64,000 bases of DNA from Cytophagales bacterium (GTDB lineage: Bacteria > Bacteroidota > Bacteroidia > Cytophagales > Spirosomataceae), in assembly GCA_013298125.1 (NCBI GenBank), contig JAAFJP010000033.1:152-64151 (forward strand), written 5' to 3'. The notes below the pieces were generated by a model that was given only the letters and a program-made list of their open reading frames with translations, searched no databases and was not told the origin of the DNA. Shown here piece by piece: positions 18,165-27,538 of this stretch. The position numbers were made by a program, and so were the translations under genes. Each line of letters opens with the position of its first letter. The first letter of the stretch is position 1.

Positions 18165-19655
18165 CTACTCCTCATAAGCCCAATCAATACGAGTCTTCAT
18201 GTCCTTGATTACTAAGCCATTAGCCTTGAAGTAAGTCCTGATTTCGTCGATTTTGTCGTATTGTTTAGCTTCTTTGTATTCTTTATACAATGATAACATT
18301 CCTTGGGTGAGAGATTCGATAGAATTATTTTTTTCTTCCAAAATCCCCAAAACATCTTCAATCATTAAGACAAATGTTGACTTCAAAAGGTTGAAAGCTG
18401 TCTCCCCGATTTGTGCCGTTTGTACTTGCCCCATGTACAATTGATTGATTTTTTTCAAGAGATTAAACAAACCCGCAATCGTTACGGCAGTATTTAAATC
18501 ATCATTCAATCCATCATAACATCCTTGAATTCCTTTCTCAATTTCCTGTACTTGTTTTTCATCAATTTCAACAGAATCATCGGCAACGTATTCCATATTT
18601 CTAATGATTCTCAATCCGTTAATCAAGCGTTTATAGCCTTTTTGAGAGGATTTGAGGGCATCATTAGAGAAATCAAGCGTGCTTCTGTATTGAGATTGCA
18701 ACATGAAAAAACGCACCGTCATCGGACTGTACGGTTGTTCTAACAACGGATGAGAACCCGCAAAAAGTTCGGCAGGAAGAAAAGAATTTCCGAGCGATTT
18801 AGACATTTTTTGTCCGTTCACCGTCAGCATATTCGAGTGCATCCAATAGCGTACGGGTTCACGATCATTTGCTCCTTTTGCCTGAGCAATTTCGCATTCG
18901 TGGTGTGGGAATTTTAAATCCATTCCGCCGCCGTGAATATCAAAACTATCGCCTAAGTATTTGGTACTCATGCAAGTACATTCTAAATGCCAACCTGGGA
19001 AGCCTTCTCCCCAAGGCGAATTCCAACGCATCAAATGTTCGGGAGCGGCTTTTTTCCAAAGAGCAAAATCGAGTGGACTACGTTTTTCGCCAACACCGTC
19101 CAAATCACGAGTTTCATTCAATAAATCTTCCAAAATACGTCCTGAAAGTTTACCATATTCTCCGCCTTGTTCGTTGTATTTGGCGATGTCAAAATACACA
19201 GAACCGTTAGATTCGTAAGCTAACCCTTTGTTAATCAGCGTAGTAGTCGTTTCAATTTGTTCAACCAAATGACCCGTTGCAGATGGTTCAATACTTGGAG
19301 GAATGAAATTGAATTGGTCGAGAACCTTATGAAAATCGTTGGTATAACGTTGTACAATTTCCATCGGCTCGAGTTGCTCTAACTTCGCCATTTTTCCGAT
19401 TTTATCTTCGCCTTCGTCACCATCGCCCACCAAATGCCCAACGTCTGTGATGTTACGTACGTAGCGGACTTTATAACCCAAATGCTTTAAATAACGATTC
19501 AAGACATCAAAAGTCATGAATGTACGGACATTGCCCAAGTGGACGTAATTATAAACCGTTGGTCCGCACACATACATACCCACGTGTGGGGCGTTCAGAG
19601 GGGTAAACAATTCTTTTTCTCGACTGAGGGTATTGTATATTTTTAATGGTTGCAT
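18165..19655 (-). CDS. cysS: Cysteine--tRNA ligase
   Basis: Class I signature (CGPTVYNYVHLGN), KMSKS motif (QKMSKSLGN) and Zn-binding Cys/His (HLECT...HHECE). Confidence 0.95.
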   Translation of the reverse strand: MQPLKIYNTLSREKELFTPLNAPHVGMYVCGPTVYNYVHLGNVRTFMTFDVLNRYLKHLGYKVRYVRNITDVGHLVGDGDEGEDKIGKMAKLEQLEPMEIVQRYTNDFHKVLDQFNFIPPSIEPSATGHLVEQIETTTTLINKGLAYESNGSVYFDIAKYNEQGGEYGKLSGRILEDLLNETRDLDGVGEKRSPLDFALWKKAAPEHLMRWNSPWGEGFPGWHLECTCMSTKYLGDSFDIHGGGMDLKFPHHECEIAQAKGANDREPVRYWMHSNMLTVNGQKMSKSLGNSFLPAELFAGSHPLLEQPYSPMTVRFFMLQSQYRSTLDFSNDALKSSQKGYKRLINGLRIIRNMEYVADDSVEIDEKQVQEIEKGIQGCYDGLNDDLNTAVTIAGLFNLLKKINQLYMGQVQTAQIGETAFNLLKSTFVLMIEDVLGILEEKNNSIESLTQGMLSLYKEYKEAKQYDKIDEIRTYFKANGLVIKDMKTRIDWAYEE

Positions 19656-19730
19656 CTATTGCTGAATTGTTGAGGTTTGAGTTGTTGAATTGTAGTAATA
19701 ATTTGACTATCAATAATTTACAACAACATA

Positions 19731-20102
19731 TTATTCATTTGTTTGATATTTTTCTTTTACAAAATTGATAAATTCTTCTACCATTTGTAGGGCTTTATCA
19801 ACTTCTTCTTTACCTATTTCTTCTTCGGGTTCATAATCGGCGTTTTATCTTTCTCTAAATAAGTACCCTAAATATTCACCATAATCCAAGGGTATTTCCT
19901 GTGTTTTGATAAATACTCGACCAAACTCACTGTTTAGTCCTTTATGAGTTTTTGCAACAATTCCCTTTGTAGTTAAAATTCCTTTTGCTAAATAATAATA
20001 TGCGTAATAACATCGGTTCATAGCTCCCCTATATCGTTCATTCTTAGCATCGTCAAAAGTATCTAAGGCTAAATCAAGGCTATTTTTAATGTCTTCATTC
20101 AT
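19731..20102 (-). pseudogene. HEPN-domain toxin gene with an in-frame TAA inside the conserved R..ADY motif
   Basis: ORF 19845-20102 ends ...GYLFRER-TAA. The same frame continues as NADYEPEEEIGKEEVDKALQMVEEFINFVKEKYQTNE to TAA at 19731 (hand translation). Together this gives a 123-codon HEPN-sized protein. Confidence 0.7.
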
Positions 20103-20421
20103 AAACAGTTATTCCTTCTTTTTTAATAAAACGATAAAAAGCCTTTGTGGCGAGTTCATATTTTTTCTGAGAAGCGGCAGACATTGAAACTTCAATATTA
20201 TTTTTTAGCGTGAGATGATATAATAACTTGTAGGTATTTAATAATTCCTTACTCGTTCTTACCTCTTCATCATTCAACAACACCAAAAAATCTATATCTG
20301 ATTCTTCGTTAAAATCTCCACGGGCGTATGAACCGTAGAGAATTATCTTCGACAGGCGGTCTCCATAATGGTTTTTCATGGTTTCCGTAAAATCTTTTAT
20401 GACAAGTGCTTTATCGACCAT
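20095..20421 (-). CDS. Minimal nucleotidyltransferase (MNT) partner of HEPN
   Basis: GS...D.D motif (LYGSYARGDFNEESDIDFLVL). It overlaps the HEPN start by 8 nt. Confidence 0.8.
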   Translation of the reverse strand: MVDKALVIKDFTETMKNHYGDRLSKIILYGSYARGDFNEESDIDFLVLLNDEEVRTSKELLNTYKLLYHLTLKNNIEVSMSAASQKKYELATKAFYRFIKKEGITVYE

Positions 20422-20537
20422 CGTGTTAAGATTTAGTTTCTATCACAAAACTAATAAATTATGATGGAAAGAGAGGGTTTTCGTTTTAAAATGCGTGTAA
20501 AGAGGATAAAAGTTACAGAAGATTTCATAAAATTACC

Positions 20538-20545
20538 TACATTTG
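20538..20545 (+). promoter_or_regulatory. Possible -7 box TAcaTTTG for the sulfatase gene
   Basis: tacatttg lies 20 nt upstream of ATG 20566. No clean -33 TTTG was seen. Confidence 0.3.
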
Positions 20546-20565
20546 AAACTAAAATCATCGTTAAA

Positions 20566-22323
20566 ATGAACCTGACAATACTTAAAATAGTCTTTTTACT
20601 TTTCTTTTTACTAATAGATACGGAAGTCATTTTCGCCCAAACAAAACAACCCAATGTCATCATTTTATTAAGTGACGACCAAGGTTGGGGTGATCTGAGC
20701 ATTAATGGCAATAAAAATCTCAACACGCCCAATATTGATAAATTGGCAAAAAATGGCGTTCAATTTGACCGTTTCTATGTACAACCCGTCTGTTCGCCTA
20801 CTCGTGCAGAGATGCTCACGGGGCGTTATGCTCCTCGATGTGGGGTTTATAGCACTTCGGAAGGTGGCGAGCGGATGAATTTAGATGAAATAACCTTGGC
20901 AGATGTCTTCAAAAAAGCGGGTTATGCCACGGGTGCTTTCGGGAAATGGCACAATGGTATGCAATATCCCTACCACCCAAACGCCAAAGGTTTTGAAGAA
21001 TTTTACGGTTTTTGTTCGGGACATTGGGGAGATTATTTCGATGCTCCAATGGAACATAATGGTAAAATTGTAAAGGGAAAAGGATTTATGACTGATGATT
21101 TGACCAACAGGGCAATGTCGTTCATGGAGAAGAATAAAAATCGTCCGTTTTTGTTATATGTGCCTTTCAATACACCTCATTCGCCCATGCAAGTGCCTGA
21201 TAAATGGTGGGCAAAATTCAAAGATAAACCCTTGGAAATGACCGCCAATGGCGAAGACCAAAACTTCACTCGGGCTACCTTGGCAATGTGTGAAAATTTA
21301 GATTGGAATGTGGGTAGAATCATGCAAAAATTGAAGCAATTGAATTTAGAAGAAAACACCATCGTCATTTATTTTAGTGACAATGGTCCCAATGCCATTC
21401 GTTGGAATGGAGGCATGAAAAGCACCAAAGGCTCAACCGATGAGGGGGGCGTTCGTTCGCCTTTGATTATGCAATTTCCGAAGGTCATTCAGGCAGGTTC
21501 AAAAATTACCCAAATCTCCGCAGCAATTGATTTACTGCCCACCTTGACGGATTTAGCGGGTATTAAACACGAATCTAAAAAGCCCTTAGACGGCATAAGT
21601 TTGAAGCCTTTATTGACCCAAAAATCACAATCGTGGAACGACAGATTATTGTTTTCGTATTGGAACGAAAAAGTGAGCGTTCGGACACAACAATATCGTT
21701 TAGACCATCAAAATAAACTTTACGATATGACCACTGACCCAGACCAAAAGGTTGATGTTTCGATGAATAATTTGGAGGTAACGAACAAACTAAAATTGGC
21801 AGTAAACGATTGGAAATCAGCGGTTTTGGTAGGTATTAAAAACGATGAGAGAGCATTTTCAGTAGGACACTTAGCTTTTAAATATACGCAATTACCCGCC
21901 AGAGATGCCAAGCTCGAAGGAGGCATAAAACGTTCAAGTAAACACCCAAATAGTAGCTTTTTTACGAACTGGAAAACAACAAATGATGCCATCGTGTGGG
22001 ATGTGGAAGTATTGGAAGAAGGAGATTTTGAGGCAGAAATTTATTATACTTGTTCACCCGAAAATGTAGGTTCTATTTTTCAATTATCCCTTAATAATCA
22101 ACAACTTACCTCAAAAGTCACCGAAGCCCACAACCCACCTTTGCGAGGCATGGAGAACGACAGATTTCCACGCATGGAGTCGTATGTGAAGGATTTTAAA
22201 CCAATAAAAATTGGTAGAATTCATCTAAATAAAGGCGTTGGAAAATTAACTTTGAAAGCCTTGGAAGTTAAGGGGGCAGAGGTGATGGATTTTAGGCTTT
22301 TGATGTTGGAGCGGGTGAAATGA
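20566..22323 (+). CDS. Arylsulfatase-family sulfatase with C-terminal beta-sandwich domain
   Basis: Signal peptide starts at ATG 20566 (MNLTILKIVFLLFFLLI...AQ). Formylglycine motif CSPTRAEMLTGR is present, with N-terminal SDDQGWGD metal ligands. Confidence 0.85.
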   Translation: MNLTILKIVFLLFFLLIDTEVIFAQTKQPNVIILLSDDQGWGDLSINGNKNLNTPNIDKLAKNGVQFDRFYVQPVCSPTRAEMLTGRYAPRCGVYSTSEGGERMNLDEITLADVFKKAGYATGAFGKWHNGMQYPYHPNAKGFEEFYGFCSGHWGDYFDAPMEHNGKIVKGKGFMTDDLTNRAMSFMEKNKNRPFLLYVPFNTPHSPMQVPDKWWAKFKDKPLEMTANGEDQNFTRATLAMCENLDWNVGRIMQKLKQLNLEENTIVIYFSDNGPNAIRWNGGMKSTKGSTDEGGVRSPLIMQFPKVIQAGSKITQISAAIDLLPTLTDLAGIKHESKKPLDGISLKPLLTQKSQSWNDRLLFSYWNEKVSVRTQQYRLDHQNKLYDMTTDPDQKVDVSMNNLEVTNKLKLAVNDWKSAVLVGIKNDERAFSVGHLAFKYTQLPARDAKLEGGIKRSSKHPNSSFFTNWKTTNDAIVWDVEVLEEGDFEAEIYYTCSPENVGSIFQLSLNNQQLTSKVTEAHNPPLRGMENDRFPRMESYVKDFKPIKIGRIHLNKGVGKLTLKALEVKGAEVMDFRLLMLERVK

Positions 22324-22428
22324 TAAGGTTTAAAAGGATATATTGAGATTAAAAAACATATTCCAAATTCAATCCAAAACGTTATCTTTGAAAGATAAAC
22401 TCCGGTTTTTACTCAAAAAAACAATTCC

Positions 22429-24000
22429 ATGCAATTAATCAACTACGTAAGAATAAGTAACTTTAAAGGTTTTGGTGAAAATGTGATTATTGATTTTAGC
22501 CAGCCTTCGGTATTGATTGGTCCGAATAATTCTGGTAAAACTACTGTTTTGCAAGCATTAGCCATGTGGAGTGTTGGGATTAAAACGTGGTTTAGGGAAA
22601 AAGGTACTGGGAAAAGTAAGAGTAAAATGGGTAAGAGTATAAACCGACTCAGTATTACACAAGTACCAATTAAGGAATCAAAATATTTTTGGCAGAATGC
22701 AAATGTACGTACTGGTACGGTAAATACAGAACTAAAAATTACGGTTGGGTTAGTATTTAAGGGTGAAATACAGGAATGCACTATGATTTTTACCTACTTT
22801 AATTCTGAGTCTATTTATTGTTTTCCAGAAGATACTTCCAAAAATATAGATGGGCTTTTGGAGTATGCAAGTAACCTTGAAATTAAAATTTTGTATCCAA
22901 TGTCAGGTATTGCTCGTGAAGAACCACTTATTCAAGAGGGACGAATAGATGTATTGGTTGGGCAAGGGCAAACGTCCGAAGTGTTAAGAAATATTTGCTA
23001 TAAAATTGTTGAAAATGATGAAAAAAATCATACTGATGATTGGAAGTTAGTAACAAATTTGATGAAAAAACTTTTCAATATTACCCTTGTGAAACCATAT
23101 TTTAATATGACACAGGGAACTGTTGAATTATCATATCAAACTGATGAAATAAAGAGTAAAAAAGGAAGTTTAGATATTGGTCTCAGTGGACGTGGACAAC
23201 AAGAAATGCTTTTGCTAATTTCTTACTTATATACCCACAAAGGAGCAATATTGTTATTAGATGAGCCTGACGCACACCTTGAAATTTTGAGACAAAAGCA
23301 GGTTTTTAGTGTTTTAAAACATCTTGCAGAAGAAAATGGGAATCAGATTATTATTGCAACTCACTCAGAGGTCATTTTGAATGAAGCTGCTGATAATAAT
23401 TTAATGTTACTTCTTGATAGAGAGGCAATTAATCTTTCAGATTCATCTAAAAAAACCATAAAATCTGCCTTAAAAGATTACGGTTTAGAGCATTATTATA
23501 AAGCAAAAGTTTGTAAATCAATACTTTACATTGAAGGTAATACAGATATTGAAATGTTGAGAGCATTTGCTTTAAAATTAAAACACCTTGCCATTAATTT
23601 ATTGGACGATAAACTTTATTCTTACTATGTAGCTGATAATGAATCCTCGAATTCATTAGAAAACGATATTAATATTGCTTCTGGGTATTATAAAAGTGCC
23701 AAAAATCACTTTCAAGCTATCCAAAAATGTGTATCTGATTTTAAAGGAATTGGTATTTTTGATAATGATAATAGAATGGATGAGTTAAGACCCGAATTAG
23801 CTCTACTTTATTGGCGAAAATATGAATTAGAAAATTACTTTGCTTTACCTTATATAGTTGAAGATTATGTAGCTAAATATTTTGAAAATCATGGTAAAAC
23901 TGAAATTGAATTAGGACCTATTAGAGACGTTACGGTAGAAGCTATTAATCAAGCAATTTTAACAGAATTTTTAAACTCAAATCAAGAAGCTATAAAATGA
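22429..24000 (+). CDS. ABC-type ATPase (AAA_15/21-like) fused to a DUF4435/Toprim-like domain; PARIS(AriA-AriB)/OLD-like candidate defence protein
   Basis: The N-terminal pattern is that of SMC/RecF-like ATPases (VRISNFKGF...). Walker A is GPNNSGKT, the signature-like motif is LSGRGQQE, Walker B is ILLLDEPDAHL and the H-loop is ATHS. The C-terminal third has ILYIEGNTDIEML (Toprim Glu) and GIGIFDNDNR (DxD). Confidence 0.65.
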   Translation: MQLINYVRISNFKGFGENVIIDFSQPSVLIGPNNSGKTTVLQALAMWSVGIKTWFREKGTGKSKSKMGKSINRLSITQVPIKESKYFWQNANVRTGTVNTELKITVGLVFKGEIQECTMIFTYFNSESIYCFPEDTSKNIDGLLEYASNLEIKILYPMSGIAREEPLIQEGRIDVLVGQGQTSEVLRNICYKIVENDEKNHTDDWKLVTNLMKKLFNITLVKPYFNMTQGTVELSYQTDEIKSKKGSLDIGLSGRGQQEMLLLISYLYTHKGAILLLDEPDAHLEILRQKQVFSVLKHLAEENGNQIIIATHSEVILNEAADNNLMLLLDREAINLSDSSKKTIKSALKDYGLEHYYKAKVCKSILYIEGNTDIEMLRAFALKLKHLAINLLDDKLYSYYVADNESSNSLENDINIASGYYKSAKNHFQAIQKCVSDFKGIGIFDNDNRMDELRPELALLYWRKYELENYFALPYIVEDYVAKYFENHGKTEIELGPIRDVTVEAINQAILTEFLNSNQEAIK

Positions 24001-24224
24001 CAACTGGTGAATTACAAAAAGAGTTATTCAAAAATACTATTCTCATTAATAGAAAGGCGAGTCAATTTTTAGATGTCTGCTTTAAAAATATTTCCGAAAA
24101 GTTTAACTTGCCTTTAATGCTCAATAAAGGCAATTATTATGAATTAATATCTTTTATTAATCAAAAAGATATTGAACCAGAAATTAAAGAAAAACTGGAT
24201 TATTTAGTTCAATATTTATCTTAA
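23997..24224 (+). CDS. 75-aa ORF translationally coupled (ATGA overlap) to the ATPase-Toprim gene
   Basis: ORF only. It could be a genuine small partner or the frameshifted C-terminus of the upstream protein. Confidence 0.4.
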   Translation: MTTGELQKELFKNTILINRKASQFLDVCFKNISEKFNLPLMLNKGNYYELISFINQKDIEPEIKEKLDYLVQYLS

Positions 24225-24277
24225 AAATTCCCAACCCAAAATCCCCTATCTTTACAAAAAAATAACCCCCAATCATC

Positions 24278-25453
24278 ATGACCATTATTGAAGTCGCTGA
24301 CGATAAAAAACTTCAACAAGAATTTCTTTTATTACCCGTAAAACTGTACGCCGAAGATGCTAATTGGATTCGCCCGCTCGACCAAGATGTGGAGAATACT
24401 TTTAAGCCCGAAAAGAATAAATATTTCAAACACGGGGAGGCAATTCGCTGGATTTTACAGGATTCCAATGGGCAAACTATTGGGCGGGTAGCGGCTTTTA
24501 TTAACCATGAAACCGCCAACAAAGAAGACCAACCCACGGGTGGAATGGGCTTTTTTGAGTGTATTGAAGAAGAATCTGCCGCTTTTTTGTTGTTTGAAAC
24601 TTGTAAAAATTGGTTGGCTTCCAAAGGCATGGAGGCAATGGACGGTCCCATTAATTTTGGCGAAAGAGACTCCTTTTGGGGGTTGATGATAAAAGGCTGG
24701 CAATACGAGCCAACCTACAAAATGCCGTGGACGAAACAGTATTATATCCAATTTTTTGAGAACTACGGTTTTAAAGATTATTTCCAACAATACATCTACG
24801 TTACGCCCATCAAAGCGGCAACAGTTGCAGACACCGTGGAGGACAAAGCTCGTAAGGTTTACGCCAATCCAGCCTACGATTTTCGACATATTGAAAAGGG
24901 TAAATTAGCCAAATACGGAGAAGATTTCAGAACGATTTTCAATGAGGCTTGGGCGAAATTTCCAGGTGTAAAAGAAATGAAAGAAGAACAAGCTCAAAGT
25001 TTGGTAAACACCATGAAACCTATCATTGACGAGCAACTCACGTGGTTTGCTTACGCAGGGGAGCGTCCGATTGCATTTTTTATCGTTATTCCAGATATTA
25101 ACCAGATTGTCAAACACTTAGACGGAAAATTTGGACTGTGGCAGAAGCTAAAATTCTGGCTTTTGCTCCAACGTGGAGTCATTACTCGTACTTGCGGAGT
25201 GATTTTTGGAGTCGTGCCAGATTTTCAAGGCAAGGGCATTGAGTCGGCAATTGCATTGCGTTTTCGTCAGGCTGGGCGAGACAATCCGCATTATCAATAC
25301 GAGACAATTGACATGAATTGGGTAGGAGATTTTAACCCAAAAATGAACCGTTTTGTATCACAATTAGGTACAACCCGTGACAAAGAATTTATCACCTATC
25401 GTTATCTTTTTGATAGAACGAAAGAGTTTAAGCGTTGCCCGAGAGTTGGGTAG
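24278..25453 (+). CDS. GNAT-like acetyltransferase-fold protein (two-domain)
   Basis: GNAT motif-A-like FGVVPDFQGKGIESAI. This is a family widely seen in Bacteroidota, and the assignment is by recognition only. Confidence 0.5.
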   Translation: MTIIEVADDKKLQQEFLLLPVKLYAEDANWIRPLDQDVENTFKPEKNKYFKHGEAIRWILQDSNGQTIGRVAAFINHETANKEDQPTGGMGFFECIEEESAAFLLFETCKNWLASKGMEAMDGPINFGERDSFWGLMIKGWQYEPTYKMPWTKQYYIQFFENYGFKDYFQQYIYVTPIKAATVADTVEDKARKVYANPAYDFRHIEKGKLAKYGEDFRTIFNEAWAKFPGVKEMKEEQAQSLVNTMKPIIDEQLTWFAYAGERPIAFFIVIPDINQIVKHLDGKFGLWQKLKFWLLLQRGVITRTCGVIFGVVPDFQGKGIESAIALRFRQAGRDNPHYQYETIDMNWVGDFNPKMNRFVSQLGTTRDKEFITYRYLFDRTKEFKRCPRVG

Positions 25454-25455
25454 TA

Positions 25456-25542
25456 TTAGACCACAGATTAAACGGATTTAACAGATTTACACGAATTTTT
25501 TTAATATTTATCCGTGTAAATCCGTCTAATCTGTGGTCTAAT
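25456..25542. repeat. Hairpin between convergent genes ('cacagatt/aatctgtg' words)
   Basis: ttagaccacagattaaacggatttaacagatttacacg (25456-25493) pairs with cgtgtaaatccgtctaatctgtggtctaa (25513-25542). Confidence 0.9.
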
Positions 25543-25548
25543 AATTCC

Positions 25549-26904
25549 CTACAAAACTTTATATCCTTTCCCCGCATCATCAATCACCAGAACCCAATCA
25601 TTGCTATAGCCAACTGCAGGAGGTGTAAACTGCTTCGTTCCTTTGTTTTCAAAAGTCATCATTTCTTTGCTTTTTCCTGTTTTGGGTTCGTACCAAAAAG
25701 CATTCAAAGTCGTTCCAGAAATCTTGCCCAAATTCACCGTAAAAGGCTTTCCTGCGGCTGAATACACGAAAATATAGTCATTTCCACGAGTAGCTTGGAT
25801 TCTTTCAGCGGGTGAATTATTGTTTTCAAGGATAATGGTTTGGTCAGGAATTCTGTCTAAAATTGGACGAGATTCCATGAGTTTTCTTACATATTTCATC
25901 TGATTGGCGGCGGGTAATTCAAGGGCTTCTTGCCAAAAAACGTGCGGATTATTGACGGCAGAACGGTAGGGTGAATAAAATTGCCAAATATCATGACAAC
26001 CATACGTATGCCCAAAAGCCCCCGCAAAAAGGTCTAAATAAGCATATTTCCGAATATCATAGGCACTGGAAACGCCCAAATCATTAGCATTAAAACAAAC
26101 AGGATGGTCTTCATAGATAGGTTCGGCATCCATGACGGGTTTTGTGGGTGTACGATTATACGAACCTTGAATTTTGTCATAAATCGCTTGGTCACGACAA
26201 TGACCGTTTTGGAACATATTAAAGTCCAACCACTCGTCTTGATGAAACCACTCGCCCGAACCTTTTTCGTTGGGTTGTGGGTGAAAACTTATCAACGCAT
26301 TGGCTTGTCCGCCCACACCTTCCACGATTCCAGCCGCCATTTCTCGCCAGATTTTCTCGTGCGTAGCGTTCTGCGGATTGCGGTCACCACCCAAAATCCA
26401 GATAAGATTTTTACGATTTTTATAACGATTACCCAACCATTTTCCGTAGATTTTCGCATTTTCAGGCGTGAAGATTTCAGGTCCATTTCCCCAAGTGGAT
26501 TTCCAAATTTTATCTCCCCAAGTAGGTAAAAAGGCAATGTTCATTCCAAAATCATTTGCCTTATCTATCACATAATCAACGTGTTGAAAATATTTTTCAT
26601 TAGGTTTTGTGGGATCGTCATTTTCCAAAGGCAAATCTCCATAAGGATTTGGCGTGTGTAAACCATCAAATTCTGCAAGGGCTACGGCTTGTACAATCGT
26701 AAATCCCTGTTCAGTACGACGTTTGAAATATTGTTCGGCTTGTTCACGATTCAGGCGGTGAAATAACTCCCAAGCGGTATCACCCATCCAGAAAAAAGGC
26801 TTGCCGTCTTTTAACAAAAAACGTTTATTATCGCTAACTTTAAATTGAGCGAAAACGGATATATTTAACAGCAAGATAACAAATAAAAGTATGTATTTTT
26901 TCAT
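25549..26904 (-). CDS. DUF4038/GH140-like glycoside hydrolase with C-terminal beta-sandwich
   Basis: Signal peptide starts at ATG 26904 (MKKYILLFVILLLNISVFAQ). The block FLLKDGKPFFWMGDTAWELF is typical of DUF4038 (apiosidase-like) proteins. Confidence 0.65.
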   Translation of the reverse strand: MKKYILLFVILLLNISVFAQFKVSDNKRFLLKDGKPFFWMGDTAWELFHRLNREQAEQYFKRRTEQGFTIVQAVALAEFDGLHTPNPYGDLPLENDDPTKPNEKYFQHVDYVIDKANDFGMNIAFLPTWGDKIWKSTWGNGPEIFTPENAKIYGKWLGNRYKNRKNLIWILGGDRNPQNATHEKIWREMAAGIVEGVGGQANALISFHPQPNEKGSGEWFHQDEWLDFNMFQNGHCRDQAIYDKIQGSYNRTPTKPVMDAEPIYEDHPVCFNANDLGVSSAYDIRKYAYLDLFAGAFGHTYGCHDIWQFYSPYRSAVNNPHVFWQEALELPAANQMKYVRKLMESRPILDRIPDQTIILENNNSPAERIQATRGNDYIFVYSAAGKPFTVNLGKISGTTLNAFWYEPKTGKSKEMMTFENKGTKQFTPPAVGYSNDWVLVIDDAGKGYKVL

Positions 26905-27043
26905 TGATTTTTGGGTTGATTTATACAAAGTTATCAATATTGCTATTATTTTTAATCCTATTTTATAGGAAGATTTTTCCTGTCATTTCCTTAAAAAGTC
27001 TTAATATTGATAAATATATTTTAATTCAACGTAATTTTGAACC

Positions 27044-27538
27044 ATGAAATTAAAATCTTTACTCCTAATTTTTCTACTTTGGGCTTGTGATAAGGACGAC
27101 AAGCCCGAAAATCTCATTGCGGAAGATAAAATGGCAATTGTATTAAGTAACATCCATTTGTTAGAATCGTATGTTAATGACTTACATCTGGGCAGCGGGG
27201 ACTCTTCGTTGGTAGTTTACCAAAAAATGAAAGTCGATACCCTCAAAAAATTTGGGTTAGATTCTGCCAACTTCAACAGTAGTCTTAAATATTATATCAT
27301 GAACCCTGATTTATTGAAAAATATTTATACCGAAGTAAAGAAGAATTTAGAGGTACAGAAAAAAAGGATTAATGATTTAGAGGCAAAGAAAAATAAAGCA
27401 TTAGTAAATAAACAGAAATCTACTTCTCTTAAAATATTAGACTCCTTGAAATTAAGGCAATTACCTCGTTTCAAAGAAGATAGTATCAGAAAAAAAATGA
27501 TAAAAATGCACAAGCCCATGAAAATTGGAGTTGTTTGA
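27044..27538 (+). CDS. Lipoprotein (DUF4296-like)
   Basis: Lipobox LLWAC with a Lys-rich C-terminal half. Confidence 0.5.
   Translation: MKLKSLLLIFLLWACDKDDKPENLIAEDKMAIVLSNIHLLESYVNDLHLGSGDSSLVVYQKMKVDTLKKFGLDSANFNSSLKYYIMNPDLLKNIYTEVKKNLEVQKKRINDLEAKKNKALVNKQKSTSLKILDSLKLRQLPRFKEDSIRKKMIKMHKPMKIGVV

Noticed and set aside
20461-20565. 35-aa N-terminal extension of the sulfatase ORF
   Set aside because: The signal peptide begins at ATG 20566. The extension overlaps the divergent promoter region and a TAnnTTTG box.
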